In this document: one piece after another, positions 29,886 through 40,009 of the stretch
Layout of the letters: each line of letters begins with the position of its first letter
How positions within the stretch are numbered: position 1 is the stretch's first letter
Assembly (NCBI GenBank): GCA_035301085.1
Contig: DATGUU010000024.1
Span: 6,210 to 70,209 of the forward strand
Length of the DNA: 64,000 nt
DNA from: Pseudogracilibacillus sp.
Lineage (GTDB): Bacteria > Bacillota > Bacilli > Bacillales > Amphibacillaceae
Direction: 5' to 3'
Made by a program: the position numbers and the translations under genes
Notes under the pieces: model-generated
The model's input: the letters and a program-made list of their open reading frames with translations, nothing else
Told to the model about the DNA's origin: nothing
Databases searched by the model: none

Positions 29886-31074
29886 TTATATTCACCTCGC
29901 CATCTTCAGATAGTGCAGCAATAACTGACCCACGAACAATAATACCAAGCAAACGGCCATTTTCTACAACGGCAACAGGAATTGGTGCATCATGGATAAT
30001 GTTGAATATTTCACTCATTGGTGTATCTTTTTCTACAGTAGGCACATTTGTTTTTAATATATCATCAAGTTTACGGATATCTTTCTTTGCAGATGCAGAA
30101 GCATCATTTGCGTGCACATAACCTTTTAGTTGGCGATTACTATCAACAACATAAACGCCTGAAATTCCCTCTTTACGCATTGCTTCTAAAGCTACTCTTG
30201 GTCCATGATTTTCAATATTAACTGTTTCTGGACGTTGCATAATATGTTGAGCTGTTAATACTTTAGAACGATCAACATCTTCAACAAATTTTTCAACATA
30301 ATCATTAGCAGGATTCACTAAGATGTCTTCAGGAGAACCTATTTGAACAATTTCACCATCTCGCATAAGTGCAATCCGATCACCTAAACGCAAAGCTTCA
30401 TTTAAGTCATGCGTAATAAATAAAATCGTTCTTCTCATTGTTGATTGCAATTCAATTAGTTCATCTTGCATATCTTTTCTAATTAATGGGTCAAGTGCTG
30501 AGAAAGCTTCATCCATTAAAAGAACATCGGGATCATTTGCAAGCGCACGAGCTAATCCAACGCGTTGTTGCATCCCACCAGACAATTGATTAGGGTATTG
30601 ATCAAAATAGCCACCTAATCCAACCATTTCTAATGCTTCTTTAGCTTTTTTGCTACGGCTTTCTTTAGATTCACCTTGGATTTCTAAGCCGAATTCAGCA
30701 TTTTCCAAGATAGTTCGGTGTGGGAAAAGTGCGAAGTTTTGGAAAACCATCCCTAATTTTTTTCGACGAATGTCTCTCAAGGTTTTTTTATCAGCTTTTG
30801 ATAAATCTTGATCACCTATCATAATTGTACCTTCTGTCGGTTCAATTAAGCGATTAATGAGTCTAACTAGAGTGGATTTACCGCTCCCAGATAGTCCCAT
30901 TATAACAAAAATTTCTCCAGCTTTTACTTCGAAAGAGGCTCTGTTTACTCCAACAGTATTACCAGTCTTTTCTAAAATTTCATCTTTAGAATACCCTTCA
31001 TCTAATAATTTTAATGCTTGATTAGGGTTTTTACCAAAGATTTTCGATAAATTTTTAACTTCTATTACATTCAT
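29878..31074 (-). CDS. opuAA: Glycine betaine ABC ATPase with CBS pair
   Basis: GLSGSGKST, LSGGMQQRVGLARAL, DEAFSALDP, C-terminal CBS domains. Confidence 0.95.
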   Translation of the reverse strand: MNVIEVKNLSKIFGKNPNQALKLLDEGYSKDEILEKTGNTVGVNRASFEVKAGEIFVIMGLSGSGKSTLVRLINRLIEPTEGTIMIGDQDLSKADKKTLRDIRRKKLGMVFQNFALFPHRTILENAEFGLEIQGESKESRSKKAKEALEMVGLGGYFDQYPNQLSGGMQQRVGLARALANDPDVLLMDEAFSALDPLIRKDMQDELIELQSTMRRTILFITHDLNEALRLGDRIALMRDGEIVQIGSPEDILVNPANDYVEKFVEDVDRSKVLTAQHIMQRPETVNIENHGPRVALEAMRKEGISGVYVVDSNRQLKGYVHANDASASAKKDIRKLDDILKTNVPTVEKDTPMSEIFNIIHDAPIPVAVVENGRLLGIIVRGSVIAALSEDGEVNINE

Positions 31075-31164
31075 TCATTTTCCACCTTTTTTAGAATTTA
31101 TAACTTTCTTTGATAAACCTTAATTATAATATCAATTAGTAGTCAGTAATAAACCAACTTTACT

Positions 31165-31193
31165 AGTATATGAAAAATTAAGAGTATATACAA
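31165..31193 (-). promoter_or_regulatory. Putative sigmaA promoter of opuA
   Basis: On the minus strand: TTGTAT-17 bp-TATACT. Confidence 0.55.
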
Positions 31194-31320
31194 CCTGATT
31201 ATAATTGGAAATCCTTGTTAATTCATAGGTTAATTAGATCGTATGAATTAAGAATGAGATTAATCTCCTAATTGCTTAAAATAACTAACTTATTCATCTG
31301 TTTACTTCAAAAAAGTAGAA

Positions 31321-31677
31321 TTAAAAATAAATAAAATTTAAAAAATAATAAAATATAATGGTAGTAGTAAAAATACCTAAATAAGTTGACGCACTTAAAA
31401 CAAGCGCTTCTCTATACTGCTTCTTTAACAATGTTTCAAAGAGTTGATTGTTGACTGTCGCAAATGTAGTGAATGCACCTGAAAATCCGACTCCCCAAAA
31501 CGAATAAGTTAATTGAGAAATTAAGCCGTGGTTGTTTAATAAAAATAAGTAAACAAGTAAAAGAGAGCCGACTAAATTCGCTATCCAAGTACTTATTTTA
31601 TTAGAATAAAATAAATCATTTAACCCAAGCCGACAAATAGCACCTATCATCCCACCTAAAATAATGTAAAAAATCAT
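31321..31677 (-). CDS. crcB: Fluoride channel Fluc/CrcB subunit
   Basis: GGMIGAICR, TWIANLVGS, GFSGAFTTF. Confidence 0.8.
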   Translation of the reverse strand: MIFYIILGGMIGAICRLGLNDLFYSNKISTWIANLVGSLLLVYLFLLNNHGLISQLTYSFWGVGFSGAFTTFATVNNQLFETLLKKQYREALVLSASTYLGIFTTTIIFYYFLNFIYF

Positions 31678-32069
31678 GATAAATCAACTTTGTCATTTAA
31701 TGATAATGCGAATAAATATGCTAAAAAGCTAGCTATTAATCCACCTATAATCATTATAAAATAATAGATAAACCAAAAGTGAGATGGGTTAATTAATTGA
31801 ATCATGTCTGTCATCATCAGAGAAAAAGTTGTAAAAGACCCAATGACACCAACATTGATTGCTATTTGCAAATCTTTAGGAAATTTATTCTTAAAACATG
31901 TTAAATTAATTAGGAAAGTAAGAATAAATGCACCAAGTAAATTAATTAAAATTGTTGAATAAGGAAATAAAATGGTTTCCACTTGAGTCAGTCTTAATAA
32001 ACCATAACGACTACTTGCTCCTATACCTCCACCTATTCCAACATAAATATAGCGTTTAAAATTAATCAT
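31674..32069 (-). CDS. crcB: Fluoride channel Fluc/CrcB subunit
   Basis: GGGIGASSRY, PYSTILINLLG, GVIGSFTTFS. Confidence 0.82.
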   Translation of the reverse strand: MINFKRYIYVGIGGGIGASSRYGLLRLTQVETILFPYSTILINLLGAFILTFLINLTCFKNKFPKDLQIAINVGVIGSFTTFSLMMTDMIQLINPSHFWFIYYFIMIIGGLIASFLAYLFALSLNDKVDLS

Positions 32070-32482
32070 GATGCTAGCTTACATGATGGACATAAACCAT
32101 ATACTTCAAATTTATGGTCATCAATTGTATAGTTTTTTAACAATGTCCCGATATCGTCCATTGGACAAATGTTAAGTTTTTTTGTGCCACCACAAACATT
32201 ACAAATAAAATGATGGTGGTGATGGTCACCACAATTAATTCTAAAATGTTTTTCAGCATTTAAACTTGTTGATTCTAAAATATCTAAGTCATGAAATAAA
32301 TGGAGATTTCGATAAACAGTATCATAACTAATCCCAGTATATTTAGCTTCCATATGTTCATACAAATCTTTTGCAGTTCGATACCCGTCTGAAGTTGAGA
32401 AGTATTGGATGATCGCTTTTCTTCGATGAGTCATTTTATACCCATGATTTTGTAAAATATTAATTGCATCATTTAAACTCAT
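32066..32482 (-). CDS. zur: Zinc uptake regulator (Fur family)
   Basis: SYDTVYRNL, HHHHHFICNVCG, GLCPSC; directly follows znuB. Confidence 0.9.
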   Translation of the reverse strand: MSLNDAINILQNHGYKMTHRRKAIIQYFSTSDGYRTAKDLYEHMEAKYTGISYDTVYRNLHLFHDLDILESTSLNAEKHFRINCGDHHHHHFICNVCGGTKKLNICPMDDIGTLLKNYTIDDHKFEVYGLCPSCKLAS

Positions 32483-33331
32483 TTAAATACCTTCTTTCTT
32501 TAGTTTAATAGTCAGGCGATTTAAGCTCATTGAAATGAGTAAGATAATAATAGACATAATAACAATCGTACCTCCGGGAGGTATACTTAAATAATAACCG
32601 CTGATTAAACCACCAATAACAGCAAGTTCGGCAAAAATAATAGATATAACAATTAATTGTTTAAAACTTGACGCAATTCGCATTGCAGCTGCAACAGGGA
32701 GTGTCATTAAAGCAGAAACAAGTAAAACACCAACAATTCGAATAGAAACTGCAATCACAAGCGCAGTTAATACAATAAATAAAAAATGAATTCGTGAGGC
32801 ATGGATACCTGAAACTACAGCGTGTTCTTCATCGAATGATAGAGTTAATAATTCTTTATAAAATAAGGTAATCATAATAAGAATAAAAACAGAGATACCT
32901 AAAATTATTAAGAAGTCATTTTTACTAACTGCTGAGACAGATCCAAATAAATAGTTAAATAAATCCGTATTAAATCCATTAGCAAGTGAGATAAAGACAA
33001 CACTTAATCCGACACCACCACTTAATATAATAGGAATACCAAGCTCTTGATAAGCTGTATAAACAGAGCGTAATTTTTCAATTAAAACAGCCCCAAGAAC
33101 TGAAAACCCCATCCCTGAATAAATTGGACTTAATGTTAAACTAACAAACTGTTTTTCCATAAATAAGCCAAATGCAATCCCAGCAAGTGTCACGTGTGAT
33201 AGGGCATCGGCTAAAAGCGATAAACGTCTAACAACTAAAAAAGCACCTAATAATGGAGCAACAATCCCGATTAAAAGACCAGTTAAAAATGTATATCTTA
33301 AAAAATCAAATTCTATTATATCTGTTAGCAT
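32483..33331 (-). CDS. znuB: Zinc ABC transporter permease
   Basis: ADALSHVTLAG, YLFGS, SFDEE, VGVLLVSALMTLP. Confidence 0.88.
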   Translation of the reverse strand: MLTDIIEFDFLRYTFLTGLLIGIVAPLLGAFLVVRRLSLLADALSHVTLAGIAFGLFMEKQFVSLTLSPIYSGMGFSVLGAVLIEKLRSVYTAYQELGIPIILSGGVGLSVVFISLANGFNTDLFNYLFGSVSAVSKNDFLIILGISVFILIMITLFYKELLTLSFDEEHAVVSGIHASRIHFLFIVLTALVIAVSIRIVGVLLVSALMTLPVAAAMRIASSFKQLIVISIIFAELAVIGGLISGYYLSIPPGGTIVIMSIIILLISMSLNRLTIKLKKEGI

Positions 33332-33342
33332 GTTAGCAACTC

Positions 33343-34101
33343 CTAATCGTGATCGTGAACTATCACTTGGACGGGATGTCCATAAATACGTGATAAATCC
33401 TCAGTAGATAACGCTGAATATTCTTCCGAGCGTCCATGAAAATGTAAGGTTTGATTTAAACAAACGATGTTTGTCGCATAATTAGTCATAGCTCCTGTAT
33501 CGTGAGTAATCAGTAACATAGTAATATTTTGTTCAGTATTTAATTTGTGAAGTAATTCATAAAAACGCTCTACATTTTTAAAATCAATCCCTACAGTTGG
33601 TTCATCCAAAATTAATATATCTGGCTCACTCACTAATGCACGCGCTATAAATACACGCTGTTGTTGACCACCAGATAAATCGCCAATATTTCGATAAGCA
33701 TATTCTGACATGCCTACTTGATCAATTGCATGAAGAACTTGTTGTTTAGCTTTTTTATTAAAAAATTTTAAATAACCTAACTTAGCGGTAAGTCCCATAG
33801 AAACTACTTCAAAAACAGTGGCCGGAAAACCTTTATTAAATGTATTAGCTTTTTGCGAAACAAAACCAATCTTATTCCAATCTTTAAATTTATCAATTGG
33901 TTGATTATTAATAAATACTTGTCCTGAATCGGGTTCGATGAGACCGAGTAAAATTTTAATAATTGTTGTTTTACCTCCGCCATTAGGTCCAACAAGTCCC
34001 ATAAATGTGCCGCGCTTAATATCTAAATTAACATTTTTTAAAACAACTTTTGAATCATAGGAAAAATTTATGTTTTCCAATCGTATAATTGACTCAGGCA
34101 T
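33343..34101 (-). CDS. znuC: Zinc ABC transporter ATPase
   Basis: GPNGGGKT, LSGGQQQRVFIARAL, His-containing C-terminus. Confidence 0.88.
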   Translation of the reverse strand: MPESIIRLENINFSYDSKVVLKNVNLDIKRGTFMGLVGPNGGGKTTIIKILLGLIEPDSGQVFINNQPIDKFKDWNKIGFVSQKANTFNKGFPATVFEVVSMGLTAKLGYLKFFNKKAKQQVLHAIDQVGMSEYAYRNIGDLSGGQQQRVFIARALVSEPDILILDEPTVGIDFKNVERFYELLHKLNTEQNITMLLITHDTGAMTNYATNIVCLNQTLHFHGRSEEYSALSTEDLSRIYGHPVQVIVHDHD

Positions 34102-34121
34102 TTAAATTCACTCCCATGTAT

Positions 34122-35054
34122 TTAATTTGTAGCTTTATCTAGAACTTCTAAATTATCTTTCATTAAAGAGAGATAATTAGCATCGTTATTTAAGTCATCT
34201 TCAGTTAAAACTTCTAAATTGTGCAATTGTAATTTTTCAGCTTTAATATGTTCTTTAATAATATCTGCTGTTTGATTAGAGTCATTTTGTCCGTAAATAA
34301 CATAATGAATATTGTTTTCTTTTGCTAAGCGTGCAATCTCTGCCAATTGTTTTTGAGAAGGTTCATCGCTTGTTGATAATCCACTAATCGCTAATTGTTT
34401 AATCCCGTAGATTCTTTCCCAATAGCCGTATGCGGCATGAGTTACTAATATATTTTTGTTTTCTTTGTCTTTTAAAGTTTTTTCAAAATCAGCATTTAAA
34501 TCAATCATTGATTGTTTAAATTGAGTTAGATTGTTTTTAAAATCAGTTTCATTTTCAGGATCTAAATTAATTAATTCATCATATAAAATATCAGCTATTT
34601 GATTCATTCTAAGTGGATCTAGCCAGATATGTGGATCAATTGGGCTACCGTCATGATGATCATGTGAGTCATCATTATCTTTGTCATCTATGTGAGCAAA
34701 TAGCGAGTCATGTTTACCTATTTCAATTAATTCAACATCTTGTTTATCTAATGCACTAGCTGCTGTATCTGCAAAGCCTTCTAATCCTGCACCTAAATAA
34801 ATAAAGGCATCTGCTTTTGCAAGACTCGTAATTTCTTTAGATGTTGGTTCGTATGTATGAGCATCAACACCAGGAGGATAAATCGTTTCAACGTGAACAT
34901 GTTCACCACCAATTTCACTAGCAATGTATTCCAGTGGGTAAAGCGTTGTTTGGATTGTTAATTGATTTTTATTATCAGCTTGATTGTTATTTGAACAAGC
35001 AGTAATAAGCAAAAGTAACATTGTAAAAATAATTAAGCTATATCGTTTAATCAA
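34122..35054 (-). CDS. znuA: Zinc ABC substrate-binding lipoprotein
   Basis: TTG start after GGAGGT; lipobox ITAC; DAHTYEP, His loop, DPHIWLDP, THAAYGY. Confidence 0.88.
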   Translation of the reverse strand: MIKRYSLIIFTMLLLLITACSNNNQADNKNQLTIQTTLYPLEYIASEIGGEHVHVETIYPPGVDAHTYEPTSKEITSLAKADAFIYLGAGLEGFADTAASALDKQDVELIEIGKHDSLFAHIDDKDNDDSHDHHDGSPIDPHIWLDPLRMNQIADILYDELINLDPENETDFKNNLTQFKQSMIDLNADFEKTLKDKENKNILVTHAAYGYWERIYGIKQLAISGLSTSDEPSQKQLAEIARLAKENNIHYVIYGQNDSNQTADIIKEHIKAEKLQLHNLEVLTEDDLNNDANYLSLMKDNLEVLDKATN

Positions 35055-35088
35055 TGGAAGACCTCCAAATTTAAGTTGTGTTTTATAG

Positions 35089-35134
35089 TATATCGTAATG
35101 GTTACGATTTGTAAATCGTAACCATTACGAATAA
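35089..35134. promoter_or_regulatory. Two adjacent Zur boxes
   Basis: TATATCGTAATGGTTACGATTTG and TAAATCGTAACCATTACGAATAA, versus Bacillus consensus TAAATCGTAATNATTACGATTTA. Confidence 0.85.
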
Positions 35135-35147
35135 CCAAACAGTAACA

Positions 35148-35176
35148 TTGTATACCGCTAGGGGGTATGTTAAAGT
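35148..35176 (+). promoter_or_regulatory. csoR-copA-copZ promoter with CsoR operator in the spacer
   Basis: TTGTAT-17 bp-TAAAGT with TG extension; ATACCGCTAGGGGGTAT (35152-35168) matches the CsoR TACC...GGGGGTA operator. Confidence 0.8.
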
Positions 35177-35196
35177 GTTAATAGAGGTGATTATTT

Positions 35197-35490
35197 ATGA
35201 GCGAATCATATATGAAGACGCCAAAAAGTGAAGAAGAAAAAAAACGATTAGTTAATCGACTTAAAAGAGTAGAAGGTCAAGTTCGCGGCATTCAAAAAAT
35301 GATTGAAGAAGATAGATATTGTATTGATGTGATGATTCAAATAAATGCAATCAATGCAGCATTAAATAAAGTTGGTGAAAATTTACTCACTCACCACACA
35401 TCGCATTGTGTTTTAGAAGCAATTGAATCAGGTGATGGTGAAACAGCTATTAACGAACTCGTCGATGTTATGAAGCAATATGCTAAATAA
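35197..35490 (+). CDS. csoR: Copper-sensing repressor
   Basis: [24 protein letters not shown] (C-H-C ligands). Confidence 0.92.
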   Translation: MSESYMKTPKSEEEKKRLVNRLKRVEGQVRGIQKMIEEDRYCIDVMIQINAINAALNKVGENLLTHHTSHCVLEAIESGDGETAINELVDVMKQYAK

Positions 35491-35504
35491 TCAAGGAGGT
35501 TGAA

Positions 35505-37880
35505 ATGATGAATAAAGAAGTTTCACTTCATGTTACTGAAATGACATGTGCAGCATGTTCATCACGCATTGAAAAAGTGTTAAATAAAAATGAACATATT
35601 CAAGCAGAAGTCAATTTAGCTACAGAAAAAGCTGTCATTAATTATGATGATACAGAAATTACTCCAAGTGATTTAGTTGAAAAAATAAAAAAATTAGGCT
35701 ATGGCGTACAAGAAGAACGTGTCGAATTTAAAGTAACAGGCATGACGTGCGCAGCATGTTCTAGTAGAATAGATAAAGTTTTAAATAAAACAAAAGGCAT
35801 CACGTCCGCTTCAGTTAACTTAACAACTGAGATTGCAACAGTTAATTATTATCCTGATTTGATTTCGACTGAAGAGATCATCGAAAGAATTAAAAAGTTA
35901 GGGTATGAAGCAATTAAACGTGAAGATGAACAAGCTCAATCATCCGAAGAGCGTGCAACGAAAAAAATGCAAACAAAGTTAATTATTTCAGCTATCTTGT
36001 CGTTACCCTTACTTGTAACAATGTTAGATCATTTATTCGGCATCGCACTTCCTAGTATATTTATGAATCCATGGTTTCAATTTGCACTAGCCACACCAGT
36101 GCAATTTATTATTGGTTGGCAATTTTATGTCAGTTCTTATAAAAACTTAAAAACGAAATCTGCTAATATGGATGTACTTGTTGCACTCGGTACGAGCGCT
36201 GCGTATTTTTATAGTTTATATGAATCGATTAAAACAATTGGTACAACATATGAACCGCATCTTTATTTTGAGACAAGTGCAATTTTAATTACACTGATCT
36301 TATTTGGTAAATATCTAGAAGCAAACGCAAAAGGACGAACAACAGAAGCAATTACGAAATTAATGGCACTTCAAGTAAAAGAAGCCCGTGTGTTAGTAGA
36401 TGGGTCTGAACAAATGTTACCAATTGATCAAGTAAGCGTAGGTGATACATTAATTGTTAAACCAGGTGAAAAAATACCCTTAGATGGTATTATTAAACGA
36501 GGCAACTCAACAATTGATGAATCAATGTTAACCGGAGAGTCAATGCCTGTTACAAAAGTTGTAGAAGATGAAGTTGTTGGTGCAACAATTAATTTAAATG
36601 GTTTGATAGAAGTTAGTGTAACAACAAAAGAAGAAGAGTCTGTGCTTGCTTCAATTATAAAAGCAGTAGAAGACGCACAAGGAACAAAAGCACCGATTCA
36701 AAGAATGGCTGATAAAATTGCTAGTTACTTTGTGCCAACTGTTGTTGGTATAGCAGTGTTGACATTTATAGTCTGGATTACACTTGTTAATCCTGGTGAA
36801 ATAGAAACGGCATTAACAGCGAGTATAGCAGTACTTGTAATCGCTTGTCCGTGTGCACTTGGACTTGCGACACCAACATCAATTATGGTTGGAACAGGAA
36901 GAGCTGCTGAACGCGGGATATTATTCAAAGGCGGCGAACATTTAGAAAGAACACATGAAGTAGATACAATTGTGTTTGATAAGACAGGTACGATTACTAA
37001 AGGTGAACCGGTAGTTACTCAATTTGAAGGAACTAATGAAACTCTTCAGTTATTAGCAAGTGCTGAAGCAAACTCAGAGCACCCTTTAGCAAAAGCAGTT
37101 GTTAATTTTGCAATATCGAAGCAATTAGAATTGACAGAAGCGACATCTTTTGAAGCCGTTCCAGGTAAAGGAATCAAAGCAAATGTCCAGGGAGTCAAAC
37201 TCTTAATCGGTAATCGCTTATTAATGAAAGATGCCAACGTAGCAATTGATTTATATGAGAAAAAAGTTACTGAAGCGGAAGAACAGGGCTCAACTGCTAT
37301 GTTTATTGCAGAAAATGATAAATTAACAGGAATGATAGCGGCAGCAGATACAATTAAAGAAAGTGCAATTGAAACAATGAATTCATTGAAAAAGTCCGGT
37401 AAAGAACTTATTATGTTAACAGGTGATAATGAAAGAGTGGCAAATGCTATTGCTAAAGAAGTAGGTATTGATCGTATTTATGCACAAGTGCTTCCAGATC
37501 AAAAGCAAGAAAAAATAAAAGAGCTTCAAGCAGAAGGAAAAAATGTTGCCATGGTCGGTGATGGCATTAACGATGCACCAGCACTTGCAACAGCTAATGT
37601 AGGAATTGCGATAGGAACAGGTACAGAAATAGCAATTGAAGCAGCGGATATAACCATTTTACGTGGTGATTTAATTCTTATTCCAGAAGCGATTCATATG
37701 AGTGAAGCAACTATTCGGAATATTAAACAAAACTTATTTTGGGCCTTTGGTTATAATACAGCAGGTATCCCAATTGCAGCACTTGGCTTGCTTGCACCAT
37801 GGATTGCTGGTGCGGCAATGGCATTTAGTTCGGTAAGTGTTGTTTTAAATGCTTTAAGGTTGAAACGTGTTAAAATATAA
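35505..37880 (+). CDS. copA: Copper-exporting P1B ATPase
   Basis: Two MTCAAC domains, TGES, CPC, DKTGT, SEHPL, GDGIND, YN. Confidence 0.95.
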   Translation: MMNKEVSLHVTEMTCAACSSRIEKVLNKNEHIQAEVNLATEKAVINYDDTEITPSDLVEKIKKLGYGVQEERVEFKVTGMTCAACSSRIDKVLNKTKGITSASVNLTTEIATVNYYPDLISTEEIIERIKKLGYEAIKREDEQAQSSEERATKKMQTKLIISAILSLPLLVTMLDHLFGIALPSIFMNPWFQFALATPVQFIIGWQFYVSSYKNLKTKSANMDVLVALGTSAAYFYSLYESIKTIGTTYEPHLYFETSAILITLILFGKYLEANAKGRTTEAITKLMALQVKEARVLVDGSEQMLPIDQVSVGDTLIVKPGEKIPLDGIIKRGNSTIDESMLTGESMPVTKVVEDEVVGATINLNGLIEVSVTTKEEESVLASIIKAVEDAQGTKAPIQRMADKIASYFVPTVVGIAVLTFIVWITLVNPGEIETALTASIAVLVIACPCALGLATPTSIMVGTGRAAERGILFKGGEHLERTHEVDTIVFDKTGTITKGEPVVTQFEGTNETLQLLASAEANSEHPLAKAVVNFAISKQLELTEATSFEAVPGKGIKANVQGVKLLIGNRLLMKDANVAIDLYEKKVTEAEEQGSTAMFIAENDKLTGMIAAADTIKESAIETMNSLKKSGKELIMLTGDNERVANAIAKEVGIDRIYAQVLPDQKQEKIKELQAEGKNVAMVGDGINDAPALATANVGIAIGTGTEIAIEAADITILRGDLILIPEAIHMSEATIRNIKQNLFWAFGYNTAGIPIAALGLLAPWIAGAAMAFSSVSVVLNALRLKRVKI

Positions 37881-37898
37881 TTAACAGTAGGAGGAATT

Positions 37899-38105
37899 AT
37901 GATGCAAACAGAATTAAAAGTAAAAGGTATGACATGTGGGCACTGTAAATCAGCGGTTGAAGGTGCACTTGCTGAGGCAACAGGTGTCAGTAACGCTGAT
38001 GTTGATTTAGATGAAGGTGTTGTTTCTATAGATTACGATGAATCTACAATAACACTTGATCAAATTAAAGAAGTGATTGAAGATCAAGGATATGACGTGA
38101 AATAA
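37899..38105 (+). CDS. copZ: Copper chaperone
   Basis: GMTCGHC, DQGYDV. Confidence 0.93.
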   Translation: MMQTELKVKGMTCGHCKSAVEGALAEATGVSNADVDLDEGVVSIDYDESTITLDQIKEVIEDQGYDVK

Positions 38106-38118
38106 AAAGAGATTCACT

Positions 38119-38167
38119 ACTGTTTAAACGTGTAAAGACACATGTCACGTTTAAACAGTTTTTTTTT
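38119..38167 (+). terminator. Intrinsic terminator after copZ
   Basis: ACTGTTTAAACGTG / CACGTTTAAACAGT plus T tract. Confidence 0.85.
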
Positions 38168-38299
38168 AGCCAAAATCAGTTTATTATTATGTATAAGTTC
38201 AGACAATTGTGATAAGTTATATATAGTGTGATTAATTTTTAATTAGTATAATTTTAACATTATCCTTAAGTAATCTAAGATAAAAAGGGGCGAAATTTT

Positions 38300-40009
38300 A
38301 TGGTTGAAAAAATGAAGCAAGTAACATTTGATAAAGTAAATGATGCATTGTGGAAAGAAACTGCAATAAAATCGTTACGAGGAAAATCGTTTGACACACT
38401 TACATCTAAAACAGCAGAAGGTATCGAAATCCATCCTTTATATACAAAGGAATTAATTGAAAAGACAATTGCTGATCGAGTGGAAGTAATTACTGAAACA
38501 GTTCGTCAAACAAAAAAAACTGATACATGGACAATTGCACAAGCAATTTATACACAGTCTGGAGAAGTATTTATAGCAGATTTAGAAGAATCACTTAAAC
38601 GTGGTAATGAATCAATTGTATATGACGGTAAAAGTAGTGTCGTTTGGACTGATTCATCATTAACAAAATTAGCAGAATTAATGCTACATTATCCGATATA
38701 TGTATTTGATTTAACAACGGAAGATAATTTTATAAATGTATTTGATTTAATTAAAAAATCTGACCGAGAAAAAGTTCAAGGTGTTGTAACTGGTGAAGCA
38801 GTTAATTTACCAGAAGGTTATGAAGCGATTCGAACAATCTCACTTGATGCTCGTGACGTTCATTATGATGGTTCCGATATAATTACAGAACTTGCAGTCA
38901 TCTTAGCAAAAGCAGTAGAAGTAGCTGAAAACTATGATGATTTTCAAACATTTTCTGATCAACTTGTTGTCAGATTTGCAATCGATACTGAATTCTTTTT
39001 AGAAATAGCTAAGTTACGTGCATTTAGAGTACTATGGCAAACATTAGCTGAAGGCTATGGTTATAAAGGATACAGTTCAGTTCCAATTCATTCTGAAACG
39101 TCATTAAGGACATTTTCAAAACTAGATGAATACGTTAACTTATTAAGAGCAGGTAACGAAGCTTTAGCAGCAGTAATTGGTGGAACAGATATATTAACTG
39201 TCCATCCACATAATATTTTAACGGGATCAAATGAACTATCAAGACGTTATGCTAGAAACGTACAAATCGTATTAAAAGAAGAAACATATATTAATGACGT
39301 TGTTGATCATTCAGGCGGATCGTACTTTGTTGAAACATTAACGAACGAATTCATTGAACGTGCTTGGGAATATTTCTTAGAGATAGAAGCCCAAGGAGGA
39401 TATTCAGCTTATGTTGCAAGCGGTGAATTAGAAAGAAAAGTAAGCAAAACAAGAGAAGCACGTTTTGCTGAAGTTGCACATAATAAGAAATCATTAATTG
39501 GTACAAACGTTTATGCTGATTTATCAACGCCAATTGCTAAAGATGTTGATCCAATAGAAATACCTCATCGTTTAGCAAAACCTTATGAAGAATTACGTAC
39601 ATATTTCGAAGATAAACAACCTAAAGTTGTTTTACTGACATTTGGTGAATTAAAAGACTTTAAACCACGTGCTGATTTTGTAAAAGGATTTTTAGCAACA
39701 GGTGGAATTGATGTTGAATACAGTCCGGCATTCAAAACGGCAGAAGAAGGTCAAGAGTGGATTAAAGAAACAGAATTTGATTATGGCGTCATTTGTGTAG
39801 GTGGAAAAGAAACGGTGGAATTTATTAACCAACTTGTTAAAGATTTACCAAAAGATAAGTGGATTGAAATTGCAGGTAAATATAGTGAAGAAGATGCAAA
39901 TAACTGGAAAGAATCAGGTATAGCAGACTTTCTTTATCGAGGAAAAAATCAAATTGAAAAAATAAAAGAAATACAACAAAATTGGGAAGAGGTGGTTAGT
40001 CATGAATAA
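38300..40009 (+). CDS. mutA: Methylmalonyl-CoA mutase small (non-catalytic) subunit
   Basis: [40 protein letters not shown]; lacks DxHxxG; overlaps the large subunit. Confidence 0.85.
   Translation: MVEKMKQVTFDKVNDALWKETAIKSLRGKSFDTLTSKTAEGIEIHPLYTKELIEKTIADRVEVITETVRQTKKTDTWTIAQAIYTQSGEVFIADLEESLKRGNESIVYDGKSSVVWTDSSLTKLAELMLHYPIYVFDLTTEDNFINVFDLIKKSDREKVQGVVTGEAVNLPEGYEAIRTISLDARDVHYDGSDIITELAVILAKAVEVAENYDDFQTFSDQLVVRFAIDTEFFLEIAKLRAFRVLWQTLAEGYGYKGYSSVPIHSETSLRTFSKLDEYVNLLRAGNEALAAVIGGTDILTVHPHNILTGSNELSRRYARNVQIVLKEETYINDVVDHSGGSYFVETLTNEFIERAWEYFLEIEAQGGYSAYVASGELERKVSKTREARFAEVAHNKKSLIGTNVYADLSTPIAKDVDPIEIPHRLAKPYEELRTYFEDKQPKVVLLTFGELKDFKPRADFVKGFLATGGIDVEYSPAFKTAEEGQEWIKETEFDYGVICVGGKETVEFINQLVKDLPKDKWIEIAGKYSEEDANNWKESGIADFLYRGKNQIEKIKEIQQNWEEVVSHE

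Noticed and set aside
35055-35138. Extended N-terminus of znuA in the ORF track, likewise upstream starts for sufB, gcvH, sufC and the S component
   Set aside because: The extensions run through operators or upstream genes; the downstream starts have RBSs or translational coupling.
38194-38208. CodY-like box upstream of mutA
   Set aside because: Four mismatches to the consensus; not distinguishable from background.
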